A DNA stretch of 41,147 nucleotides from Candidatus Hodarchaeum mangrovi (GTDB lineage Archaea; Asgardarchaeota; Heimdallarchaeia; Hodarchaeales; Hodarchaeaceae). The notes beneath the pieces were generated by a model. The model searched no databases, was not told the DNA's origin, and saw only the letters and a program-made list of their open reading frames with translations. Numbering within the stretch: the stretch's first letter is position 1; every line of letters starts with the position of its first letter. A program made the position numbers and the translations under genes. This document shows positions 30,989 to 40,785 of the stretch, piece after piece. Location of the stretch: assembly GCA_016839515.1 (NCBI GenBank), contig JAEOUE010000206.1, forward strand, positions 1-41,147, read 5' to 3'.

Positions 30989-31891
30989 TTATTTTTTCGT
31001 TGAAAATGTTTGGTTCCATCTTTCTTTAAGAGTTGGAGGTTTGAATGTAGCTGTTGTTACTCGATTATAATCGTGCTGTATCGGATTGGTGATTACACGA
31101 CGCATTAAATGGAAAATCACGAACCCTAAGACTCCGATTGGTGCTACTCCAATCAAAAGAAACTTCAATTGACTTAGATCTTGTACTTGGGGAATCTCGG
31201 GTATAATAACAGGATTAGTACTATTAGTATTATTATTATTTTCTTCTCCAACAGGATCAGTTCTTACTAGAAGATAATAAAATGTATGTTTTTTGATATG
31301 ACTGCCTTTTGAAGCAAATTGCATTATATTTATGCTTCCATTCTTAAATACTATATCGTAACCTTCAGTATCTTGTGTATTGAAGGGTCTGATTACTTCT
31401 ATGTAAACTTGGTTTTCGACAACAACACTTTCAAAATTCAGATCGTTTTTGTTATCATCAGATGGAATTACAGTTCCTACAAACTTTACATCTTTTGCTG
31501 TAACTTCAGATGTCTCTTGATTAATGTAAAATGTCCAACCATCATTTAAGTTCTTCATACAAGTAGAAGGATCAGGTTCAAACTCTACAGAGATCCAAGC
31601 TACATCAACTGAGCTAACAAATAAAGAAAATAAATGTGTTTCATTATTAGCAAACTTTACATAACCCCCATCTTTAAATTCAGATATATTTTGATATGTA
31701 TAAACAGATTCCCACTCAGATTCGATTTGACCGTCTGTTAAATTTAATTGAGAGATAACTGGAGCAATAAAACCATCCATTGTCTCTGAAGCTACAGCAG
31801 GACCACCTTGAATTAATGAAAAACCCATAAAACTAAGAAGAATAAGGCTAATCCCAGAAAATAGAGAACTAATAACTTTCTTTTTTCTCAT
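30989..31891 (-). CDS. Secreted, membrane-anchored DOMON-like (putative haem b-binding) protein
   Basis: Signal peptide; 'DG.I..EW', 'WIS..F...CM..LNDGW', 'RPFNTQD..YDI.F', late His 'SHIKKH'; Asn-rich linker; C-terminal TM. Confidence 0.65.
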   Translation of the reverse strand: MRKKKVISSLFSGISLILLSFMGFSLIQGGPAVASETMDGFIAPVISQLNLTDGQIESEWESVYTYQNISEFKDGGYVKFANNETHLFSLFVSSVDVAWISVEFEPDPSTCMKNLNDGWTFYINQETSEVTAKDVKFVGTVIPSDDNKNDLNFESVVVENQVYIEVIRPFNTQDTEGYDIVFKNGSINIMQFASKGSHIKKHTFYYLLVRTDPVGEENNNNTNSTNPVIIPEIPQVQDLSQLKFLLIGVAPIGVLGFVIFHLMRRVITNPIQHDYNRVTTATFKPPTLKERWNQTFSTKK

Positions 31892-32607
31892 TTTTTTCCT
31901 CTCATTTTAATTGAAGAATTATTACCAAGCATCTTTAAAGAGGGGATCTTCTTTGAATTCGATTTCATAAGTTTCTATGATTGATAAATTCTGTTACTCA
32001 ATGTTAAGTTTTAATTACTGATAAAGGTCTATAATCGTTTCTTAAGTGTCTAAATGTATGGAGGAGATTTCTTTATTCTAGAAGTATCCCCTAGCTAAAG
32101 TCTGCTTGATGGTAATACTTCAGGTATAACACATTTCTTATTTATTTATTAATTTAATGAAATAAATGTTTAAACATTTTTTAATTAAAAAATTCAAAAG
32201 AGGAACACTAAAATCAAAATAATATTTCCATGAATAAGCCAATCTTCTTTCTACAGTTGATAAAATTTATCATTCATTTAAGATTGAAGAAGAGATAAAT
32301 AAAAGATATATTTCAGCATAAATTCTTTTATTTAAGGCTAAAATTCTGTTACAATCACTTATTCTTTAAACCTACGTTATCCTATAGGATTTTAATAATA
32401 CATATAATGTGTTAGAAATTTTTGATTTATGAGAAGTTTATGGACTTACAAGAAAATGAAACACACTGGATAAATCGAGGTGTAGACACTTTTTCTGATT
32501 GAATCTACCACATCTTGACAAAATTTTGATGAAAAATTTCATCATTATATAAAAAATAAATTGCAAAATGCTTTGAAAATACACATTTTCCTTAAATTTT
32601 GTTAATT

Positions 32608-33273
32608 TTAATCCTTCTTTACCCTATAAAGACAACACTCATCCCCATCTCTTATACATTTTGTTTTTTCGCACTTTTTGCCAATTAATTCCCTCATAAT
32701 CGTTTCATCAACTTTACACACTAAAGGATTCTCTTTTACTACCCCGTAAACAAGGCAATTGAAGTTTTGAATGTCATAAGAATCAGCTGTTTCTATTAAA
32801 GAAGGGTATTTTCCATATTCTCTCAAAATCTCTGTTACTGCTTTAATTCTTTCATCTAACGTTGCTTCTTCTGGATTTTTCCCTAAAATCTCTTTTAGAT
32901 AGGGCCGTATTTCTTCAGCTATTTCTTTACCCACATCTTCAAGTACATCCTGTGTAAGTTCGACTCCAAAGCGATTCTTTAGCTGAGTCAGCATTTTAAC
33001 AGTAAAGTCAACATAACTTTTTGGAAATTTCTCTAGGGCACTCTCATGCAAAGCGTAAACCATCGCAGGACGTCCAGTGGTACTTTTTCTTTGAGAACGT
33101 GTAACAAGACCCTCTTTTTCTAGGTTAACTAAATATTGTCTGGCAGCATTTATACTGATCTCAAGTTCATCCGCAATATCTTTTACAAGAACAGCTTTAT
33201 CAGGGGCATTTCTGTTAACTAAGAGAAATTGCAAAATTTTTTGACGAGAAGATAAAAACTCTTCACTTTCCAT
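32608..33273 (-). CDS. HTH transcriptional regulator with Cys-containing sensor domain (SufR/COG2345-like)
   Basis: 'IADELEISINAARQYL..LEKEGLV...TGRPA.VY.L'; C-terminal 'NCL', 'VC..D', 'CI..GD.CC.Y'. Confidence 0.85.
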   Translation of the reverse strand: MESEEFLSSRQKILQFLLVNRNAPDKAVLVKDIADELEISINAARQYLVNLEKEGLVTRSQRKSTTGRPAMVYALHESALEKFPKSYVDFTVKMLTQLKNRFGVELTQDVLEDVGKEIAEEIRPYLKEILGKNPEEATLDERIKAVTEILREYGKYPSLIETADSYDIQNFNCLVYGVVKENPLVCKVDETIMRELIGKKCEKTKCIRDGDECCLYRVKKD

Positions 33274-33583
33274 AGGATTTTCACTATTGTATTGTTATTG
33301 AAAATTTTCTGACTAGTTATAATTATAAATCATTAATATATTTTTTCTATAATTTCAGAATAAAATGATATTTTATAAATTTTAATGTAATTTTTTTTTT
33401 AGCTCAGAAGAGAAGCTTAATGAATATGCATTTATCCTTTTTAGAGAAAAATATCGATAATATGCGAGGAGGGAACAAACTAAATTCAATATTGTTAACT
33501 GGTAATGAATTGTAATTAAAAAATAATTTTGCAAGTTTTGTAATTAAAAAGTTTTAAAAATTCCTAAAGTATTAAAATTAATT

Positions 33584-33602
33584 ATATGGTAATTTACCAT
33601 AT
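33584..33602. promoter_or_regulatory. Perfect inverted repeat ATATGGTAA-T-TTACCATAT, candidate operator
   Basis: 9-bp arms located between the divergent regulator and the cytochrome c gene. Confidence 0.55.
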
Positions 33603-33717
33603 CTCAAATGTAAAGCTACGATTGTCGCAGAAACCATTGGACGATATACAAATCACCAAGAGGTAACGCATAAATAAATCGTACTAAGTTAACTGAATAT
33701 TATGGCGGTAATATTTT

Positions 33718-35025
33718 ATGAACGACCAAGAAGAAATTCTTCTCGTACAGAGTCGGTGGAATAGCAAACGGTTTTTCTTATTTTACTGGTTTGTAATTGC
33801 GTTTTTAGGAACAGGGTTTGCAATTGGACTAGGAACATCAGTATTAAGTCCTAAATATTCAATCTCTAGTACAGCTGCTCATCCCACCATTGACGAACCA
33901 TGGCATCCAGAAGACTGTACTCTCTGTCACTCTGAACAGGTAGAAAAATGGAATGAAACTGGCCATTCAGTAGCTGCTATTAAGGTTAATTCTACTCATG
34001 TAGAAATTGCTGGATCACGCAATGTTACACAGGAACAATTTGATAGTTCTTGTGGTCATTGTATGGCAACTGGATGGGATAATAGTACTGGAAGTGTAAC
34101 ATATTGGGATTATGGTGTAACATGTGCTTCATGTCATGTGACACCAGGTGAAACAGATCTCACAGCAGAAAACTGTGGACAATGTCACACGGGTTCAAAC
34201 CACCCTCAATACCCCGATTACAATATGAGTGCTCATGCTAGGTCTTATGATGACTTACTAGCATCAGGTCATGCATCAGATAGTTGTTTACATTGTATGA
34301 GTGGGCAAGGAACTTATACGGAAGGTTTGTCGCTTAATGACACTTTTTTGACTAGTGTTTCTTGTGCAACCTGCCATGATCCTCATGATGCAACTAATGA
34401 ACTACAGCTTCGAAAAGATGATATTACGGAACTCTGTGGTGAATGTCATGGAACATCATCACGGCACACAACTTATGAAATGTTCACTGACCCCAAGAAC
34501 AAACATAATTCATTAGATTGTACTGATTGTCATGGTTATGAATTACACGATAGTGAGGCATCTGTTAATCATACTTGGGTTGTTACAATTGATTCTTGTG
34601 CACAATGTCATACTGATAACGTAACCCGTTGGGCTAAGATAGAAGAGATCCAAGGAGACATTAGCACCCTACTCTCTGAATATGAAACTCAACTTACAAA
34701 TGTAACAGCGAAATTCAATGAAGCCAATAATACCTTTGGTTTAACCAACCCAAATGTTAATGAGTCATATATCCTTATTAATGAAGCAAAGGCCCTTGTT
34801 ACATTCGTTCAAAGTGATCAAAGTCTTGGATTCCATAACCCCAGTTTAGCTGAAGAAAAGGTCAAATTAGCCTTACTCAAACTTGATGAAGCATATGAGA
34901 AAGCAGTTAATGCTAGTAATACAAAACCAGGTGGTTTAACTCCAGGTTTTGAATTAATTAGTATACTAACCTCTCTAGGTCTTTTAGGGATTGTTTTTCT
35001 GATCCGTAAGAAAAAACAACACTAA
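33718..35025 (+). CDS. Surface-anchored multihaem cytochrome c (7 CxxCH + 2 CxHCM) with c552-like helical C-terminus and PGF-type sorting signal
   Basis: CTLCH, CGHCM, CASCH, CGQCH, CLHCM, CATCH, CGECH, CTDCH, CAQCH; 'D.S.GFHNP'; 'TPGFE'+TM+RKKK; N-terminal hydrophobic helix. Confidence 0.93.
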   Translation: MNDQEEILLVQSRWNSKRFFLFYWFVIAFLGTGFAIGLGTSVLSPKYSISSTAAHPTIDEPWHPEDCTLCHSEQVEKWNETGHSVAAIKVNSTHVEIAGSRNVTQEQFDSSCGHCMATGWDNSTGSVTYWDYGVTCASCHVTPGETDLTAENCGQCHTGSNHPQYPDYNMSAHARSYDDLLASGHASDSCLHCMSGQGTYTEGLSLNDTFLTSVSCATCHDPHDATNELQLRKDDITELCGECHGTSSRHTTYEMFTDPKNKHNSLDCTDCHGYELHDSEASVNHTWVVTIDSCAQCHTDNVTRWAKIEEIQGDISTLLSEYETQLTNVTAKFNEANNTFGLTNPNVNESYILINEAKALVTFVQSDQSLGFHNPSLAEEKVKLALLKLDEAYEKAVNASNTKPGGLTPGFELISILTSLGLLGIVFLIRKKKQH

Positions 35026-35065
35026 ATGACTAAAAAACATACTTTCAATTCCATCATGAAGGTAT

Positions 35066-35106
35066 TGAAAGCTAGCAATTCAGCTAGCATTCATACCTCT
35101 TTTTTT
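35066..35106 (+). terminator. Hairpin plus T-tract after the cytochrome gene (possible partial terminator)
   Basis: TGAAAGCTAGC-AATTCA-GCTAGCATTCA (one mismatch) followed shortly by a T7 run. Confidence 0.4.
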
Positions 35107-35253
35107 CAGCTGAAGGGGAGGATTTGCAGTATTATTTCTTATCCATTACCTAATATATAGATTAATTTAACTTTTAAGTATTTTTTCTTGGTCGTTCATG
35201 AAAATACCAATAAAATCCCAAAAAAATAGAGAATAATGTCGTTATAAGATAGG

Positions 35254-37440
35254 ATGATTAAATCGATGATTAATGAGAATTATATTCACCAAAATATTAA
35301 ATTAATGATAAAATTGTTAGCAATTTCAATCTTAATTGTTTCAATAATTTTTCCATTAGTCTCTGTTGATCCAACAAACAATAAAGAGAGTCAAATTACT
35401 ATTAAAGATTCTCATAAAACAATATATTCTGACGGAATACCTTTTGAGATCTCTTTTAAAACAAGTTCTTCTAATCAGGCTCCCGATGAAAATCCTGAAG
35501 CTTATTTTACTAATTTTCTGCACTATTCCATTCTTGCAGCCAATGCATTGATAGACCATCTATACGATAATGAGAAGGGAGGATTTTTTCGGTCAGCTAA
35601 TGAACATTGGTTTGAAACCAGCATTGATTCAGACAAAAGGACTTATGATCAAGCCCATGCTATTCTTGGATTATTGAAACTGTCTGAGGCAGTTATTAAC
35701 GAGACCCAAAGCGAGTATGCATTGGAGATTGCAGAAAGAACTGGAAATTATCTAATAACTGAGTTGTATGATGCTGATTTTGGTGGTTTTTTTACTGGAA
35801 CTGCAGATAGATACAAAAGACCAGGCATTGAAGGTAAGGTTATTGAAGCCTTGATTGCGCTTTATAAATCCACTGGAAATTCCACATATCGAACAATAGC
35901 AGAAGAGACTTTTAATTTCATTAATACCTACGGATGGGATCAGATTGGAGGAGGATATTATTCTAAACTCTCACATGCAGGAGCTATAGCCTCCCCAAAT
36001 TTAGAAGATCTATATCAACCTGATTGTAAAAGAGTAGATTACAATGCATTAATGGGTTGTGCCATATTAGAGCTTTATAATTTGATTGGGGATTCAAGTT
36101 ATTTGGATCGAGCAGTTGAAATTTATAAATTGATGAATAATTCCTGTTTTAATAATGAAACAGGACTGTTTTACGGAGGATATGGGAGTAATGGAAATAT
36201 CGTAGACAGTGATTCCTCAGAACTTATTGTAAATACCTTTATGATAGAATTTTTAGTAAAATTATATAATATAACACAAGAAAATAATTATTTAGATTGT
36301 ATTACCTCATTAATTAAAAATTTGATATTTAATTATTGGGATGATAGATTTGGAGGGTTTTATTCAACCTATTGTTATTCTAATGAAGAAGATAAAGATC
36401 TAAAGAAATATACTGAAAGACAATTTTATGCTATTCGTGCTCTTGATGAAGTCTATAAATTGACAAATAATAACCTTTACTATAATCTGATCTTTGACAT
36501 GATGGAATTTCTCAATACAAATTTATATGATCAAGGTCATGAAGGATACATTCAATTATCGAATGAAAACGGAGACCCAGGTGACCCAACATGGAAAAGT
36601 AAATTTTCAGTTACACAAGCTCTAGCAATCTATGAATTATCAAATCTTTGGCTTTATAGTAAACCAGGAGTCCTTAATGCCATGTGGATTCCTTCATTAC
36701 CAAGACCTCAGGATCCTGTTATGATCTTGGCTGCAGCATTCGATTCTGATGGAGTTGCAGATGTTTTCTGTAATTATTCAATTGCAAACCAACCATATGC
36801 TTTAGTTGAAATGCAAAAGGATTCAAAAATTGGAAATATGTACAATGCTAGCTTTGATCCTCAACCAGAAGGAACGGGGATTAATTTTAATATCATAGTA
36901 AATGACACGTTGGGGAATATTGCCGTTCGAGGATCCTATTTTTTCATTTGGCAGTTTGACCTTTGGAGTCCCCATGTTGAGGTTCTCAGGATCGACCCTG
37001 GGTTAGAAGTTCCAGTCTATAAAGGGGTAAATATTACTGTAAGTGTTCATGACACTCCTGTACAGGGTTCAGTATCTAATGTGCGAATTTATTATCATCT
37101 GGAAGGCAAATCAGAGGATTCCAAAATTTTAACACAGACTGGTCTTCATATTTGGCAAGCTATTTTTAAAAATGGTTTTAATGTTCCTGGAACATATGCT
37201 TTTTACTTTGAAGCTATCGATGATCGCGGAAATTTTGGTTACACAAGTGTTGGCTATTTTTATGTCTTGGGAACTATAGAATCTATTCCATTTATTACAG
37301 TAATCGGAGGTCTCTTTTTTATACTTTTTATTGCCCCTACTGGATTTGCTTTGTTTAAAGAGTATCAAAAAAGAAATGCAAAAAAGAGTTTACGTAAAAT
37401 TAAGCATTCTAAACGAGTGAAACGGAGAAGGACAACTTAA
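35254..37440 (+). CDS. Membrane-anchored extracellular (alpha/alpha)6-barrel protein (AGE epimerase/GH76/YyaL-like) with two Ig-like domains
   Basis: Repeated '(L/W)YD...GGF(F/Y)' units, 'K.TYDQA', helical 'LY..TG...Y...A'; signal peptide; C-terminal TM plus basic tail. Confidence 0.75.
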   Translation: MIKSMINENYIHQNIKLMIKLLAISILIVSIIFPLVSVDPTNNKESQITIKDSHKTIYSDGIPFEISFKTSSSNQAPDENPEAYFTNFLHYSILAANALIDHLYDNEKGGFFRSANEHWFETSIDSDKRTYDQAHAILGLLKLSEAVINETQSEYALEIAERTGNYLITELYDADFGGFFTGTADRYKRPGIEGKVIEALIALYKSTGNSTYRTIAEETFNFINTYGWDQIGGGYYSKLSHAGAIASPNLEDLYQPDCKRVDYNALMGCAILELYNLIGDSSYLDRAVEIYKLMNNSCFNNETGLFYGGYGSNGNIVDSDSSELIVNTFMIEFLVKLYNITQENNYLDCITSLIKNLIFNYWDDRFGGFYSTYCYSNEEDKDLKKYTERQFYAIRALDEVYKLTNNNLYYNLIFDMMEFLNTNLYDQGHEGYIQLSNENGDPGDPTWKSKFSVTQALAIYELSNLWLYSKPGVLNAMWIPSLPRPQDPVMILAAAFDSDGVADVFCNYSIANQPYALVEMQKDSKIGNMYNASFDPQPEGTGINFNIIVNDTLGNIAVRGSYFFIWQFDLWSPHVEVLRIDPGLEVPVYKGVNITVSVHDTPVQGSVSNVRIYYHLEGKSEDSKILTQTGLHIWQAIFKNGFNVPGTYAFYFEAIDDRGNFGYTSVGYFYVLGTIESIPFITVIGGLFFILFIAPTGFALFKEYQKRNAKKSLRKIKHSKRVKRRRTT

Positions 37441-37479
37441 CGATCAAGAGTTCAAGAAAATTAAGAGAAGTGTTAAACC

Positions 37480-39714
37480 ATGTTTGATATTGGATTTGGT
37501 ATTGCAGTTATTGATTTAGGAATGTTATTACTCATAATTGCATTAATTACATTTCTAGTAGATGTGTTTTTAGTGCTATTAGGTGAGTATATAGATAACT
37601 GGGAACAATATTCAGAGATTGCTTTTTCGATTGGGTGCTGTGCTCTTATTGTTGCATTTATTTATTTCTTTAATGCAGTTGTTTCAGCAGATTATAGCTT
37701 TGTTTATGTCACCGATACAGTAAATAATGATATGGATTTCTTTATGCGTGTATCAGCAGTTTGGTCAGGTCAAGCAGGATCCTATTTCTTTTGGGCTTTT
37801 CTTACTGTTATTATCTATCTAATTTTCAGAACGTTATTCCGTGATTATGCTCATGAGAGAATATTTTGGCGATCATTTGTAATATTAGCCCTTCAAACAG
37901 CAATCTTTACCTCCTTGACCATTCTAAGTGATCCTTTTAGTCTTGAAACTGAACCAATTATTGATGGAATAGGTCTCAATCCACTATTAATGAATATTTG
38001 GAATTTAATCCACCCACCAATAATTTTTATTGGATATGCACTTTGTTTGATACCTTTTACAATTGGAATTGCCAGGCTTACAGTTCTTGAAGAAGGAAAT
38101 ATCCCAGATTTTGATGGAAAAGAATTTTTAGATAACTTTGTAGAATTTTTTGTCTCATTAGCATGGCTTGTTTTAAGTTCAGGTATCATTATCGGAGGAT
38201 ATTGGGCTTATGTCACTCTTGGTTGGGGTGGTTTTTGGGCTTGGGATCCTATTGAAACAGCTTCTTTGATACCTTGGTTGTTCCTGACATTATATTATCA
38301 TGGAAAACCATTTCATAAGAAAAGTATTTTTCTAGTAAATTATATTCTTAGCATGTCGTATATATCTACATTATTCGCTACTTATCTTACAAGGAGTGGT
38401 ATCGTCTCAAGTGTTCATGCATTCAAACCATCAAATACCCTGGAAAAATTCCTCTCAGGTTTTATTCCCCCTGATACCTTTGTAATGAGTATTATATTAC
38501 GTATTATCCCAGATGAAAAAATCCTATTCTTATTCATTGTTTTGATTACTTCTTTCCTTATTCCTCATATAATTGGATTAACTCGAGGAGACCTAAAACA
38601 TCTTCCGATCTCATTATCGAGAGAGGATTTCCAAGTTAATAAACATAAAAATACTACTCTAAAAATATCATTTATTACATTCTTTATCGGAATTTATGTT
38701 ATTATACTAGGATTGCTCGCTCCCGTCATCTACGATATTTTAGGGTATTTAATAAATTTAAATTCAATTGGATTTAATTCTGGAATAACAGTTGGTTCTA
38801 TATTCTATAATACTGTTCTCACCATTTTTGGAGGTATAATGCTTCTTTCGCAATTCTTCTGTACATTCTATCCCAGACTTGAAATAAAAAAGAAGTTTAT
38901 ATTAATGCTTGGAGGAATGTTAACTGGTGTTATTTTTGCTATTAGTAGAATCCTTTACTCAAACGGATTTTTAATTCAAGTTCTCGGAGAAAAAAATCCC
39001 CTCCTTGAATTTCTGAATATCTTCTGGACTACTAGTGATAAAGCAAATTTAGTTCTTCCTCTTCTCTTTTTAGGAATAGTTGGATTAATTATAGAATTTT
39101 TCCAAGTTTCTTTTTCAGTTGATAAAAATTTTATTAAAAAGACATCACAAATAGTTTTACATCTTTCTTTCCTTTTAATTCTTGTAGGTGCACTCTTAAG
39201 TGCAAACAGAACTCTAACGACTGAGTTGGAAGTACAACCAGGGGAATTTCAGATTTCGGGGACTTCTCTTACCATAAAAGTTACAGATTTAGATAAAACA
39301 GTTCTTTCTTCAGGGGTTCACGCAGTTGAATATGATACTGAGTTTTTCCTGACTTCAGGATCCCGTGTAGTAGGCTTTGGAATAAGTCGATTAGCTTTAG
39401 ATAATGTTGGACGCTTTGATTATGAGGTAACAATAATTAGTGATCTTTTTTCGGATATCTATATTGTAACTGCAGCAGCTTATGAATCACCTATTTCTGG
39501 GCTTTTTGTTGCCTCTCGATTGCAAATAAAAATAATCCCATATATTAATATATTATGGGCAGGTTGTTTCTTACTACATTTTGCCATTATTCCTCTGAAT
39601 ATTGGTAGATTCATTTCATTAAAACGATCAATATCCCGTGAAGAAATACTTAATTCAGAGGAAGCTATAATACCCTCCCCTGGAATAGAAACTCCAATAA
39701 TCAAAGAAACTTAA
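37480..39714 (+). CDS. ccmF: Cytochrome c maturation haem lyase CcmF/NrfE-type
   Basis: 'W.GQ.GS..FW', 'G.GLNPLL...IHPP', WWD motif 'WAYVTLGWGGFWAWDPIETASLIPWL', 'TRSG..SVHAF', 'P.INILW.G'. Confidence 0.92.
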   Translation: MFDIGFGIAVIDLGMLLLIIALITFLVDVFLVLLGEYIDNWEQYSEIAFSIGCCALIVAFIYFFNAVVSADYSFVYVTDTVNNDMDFFMRVSAVWSGQAGSYFFWAFLTVIIYLIFRTLFRDYAHERIFWRSFVILALQTAIFTSLTILSDPFSLETEPIIDGIGLNPLLMNIWNLIHPPIIFIGYALCLIPFTIGIARLTVLEEGNIPDFDGKEFLDNFVEFFVSLAWLVLSSGIIIGGYWAYVTLGWGGFWAWDPIETASLIPWLFLTLYYHGKPFHKKSIFLVNYILSMSYISTLFATYLTRSGIVSSVHAFKPSNTLEKFLSGFIPPDTFVMSIILRIIPDEKILFLFIVLITSFLIPHIIGLTRGDLKHLPISLSREDFQVNKHKNTTLKISFITFFIGIYVIILGLLAPVIYDILGYLINLNSIGFNSGITVGSIFYNTVLTIFGGIMLLSQFFCTFYPRLEIKKKFILMLGGMLTGVIFAISRILYSNGFLIQVLGEKNPLLEFLNIFWTTSDKANLVLPLLFLGIVGLIIEFFQVSFSVDKNFIKKTSQIVLHLSFLLILVGALLSANRTLTTELEVQPGEFQISGTSLTIKVTDLDKTVLSSGVHAVEYDTEFFLTSGSRVVGFGISRLALDNVGRFDYEVTIISDLFSDIYIVTAAAYESPISGLFVASRLQIKIIPYINILWAGCFLLHFAIIPLNIGRFISLKRSISREEILNSEEAIIPSPGIETPIIKET

Positions 39715-39748
39715 CAAAAATAATATAATAAGAAAGAACTTTTAATGC

Positions 39749-40459
39749 TTACCATGGCAATTCATTTCTCTGCCAATCCAAATACCGCCCTGTATCATCC
39801 ATTGAGAGGGAATCAATGACTTTAATCATACCCTGAATTGATTCTTGAGGAGATAATGGTGCACCGATTCCACCTAAATCGGTTCTGACGTGACCAGGAT
39901 GTAATGGTATAACAATAATATTTTTTTCCTTTAATTCTAGAGCCATTAGTTTAGAAAACATATTAAGCGCAGTTTTACTCGCACAATAGCTATATCGGAA
40001 CACAAAGGTTTTTTTGGAAAGAGAAGCCAAACCAGAGGTAATATTAATTATCCGTGGATTTTTTCCCTTCTCAATCAAATCAATGAAAAGTTCACTCAAT
40101 AACACAGGGGCAATACTATTTACTCTAAATACCTGTTCAATATCTTCAGAATACATTTCACCTAGTGTATAACTATCTTTATCCCCTCCAGATCGGATTC
40201 CAGCATTGTTTATGAAAATATCAATAGCTTTGCATTTTTTTGATACTGAAAGGAAAAATTCTTTCCTTGATTGATCCTTTGATACATCTAGAGAGAATAA
40301 TTTCAGTTTATCAAGATATTTTTTGTTTAATGCATGAAGCTTTGAAGCATTTTCTAGATCACGAGCTGTTGCAATAACATGATCACCTCGTGCGAGGTAC
40401 TGAGTAACAAATTCGAGTCCTAATCCTTTACTGGCACCAGTAATCAATACTTGACTCAT
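39749..40459 (-). CDS. Short-chain dehydrogenase/reductase (CsgA-like)
   Basis: TGASKGLG, INNAG, YCASK, LHPGHVRTD. Confidence 0.93.
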   Translation of the reverse strand: MSQVLITGASKGLGLEFVTQYLARGDHVIATARDLENASKLHALNKKYLDKLKLFSLDVSKDQSRKEFFLSVSKKCKAIDIFINNAGIRSGGDKDSYTLGEMYSEDIEQVFRVNSIAPVLLSELFIDLIEKGKNPRIINITSGLASLSKKTFVFRYSYCASKTALNMFSKLMALELKEKNIIVIPLHPGHVRTDLGGIGAPLSPQESIQGMIKVIDSLSMDDTGRYLDWQRNELPW

Positions 40460-40785
40460 TTTGAAGCATTCTCCATTTTATTAGTTTTCGTCGTCTTCTT
40501 TAATATAAAAACTGTTTAGGAGCTAAGCTGACTAATTATCACTGAACTAATTTCTCCAAAGGTGAATAAATACTACTATTTTTACAGATGAATTTCTTCA
40601 TATTAAAACAGTTTTAAGAAAATAAATTCTAGAATATGAGAAAAAAATCTTATTGTTATATAATAGAAAAAATAAATATTTTAAAGATTTAATAACACTG
40701 AATTGCTATGAAAGAGAAGAAACCTGGTGATCCTAAATATATTACTCCAAATAAAATAAAGCAATTAAAAAATATGAGAGTGATA

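Noticed and set aside
33718-35025. Calling the cytochrome NrfA (ammonia-forming nitrite reductase)
   Set aside because: It shares only the 'S.GFHNP' helical C-terminus; there is no CxxCK catalytic motif and the haem number differs
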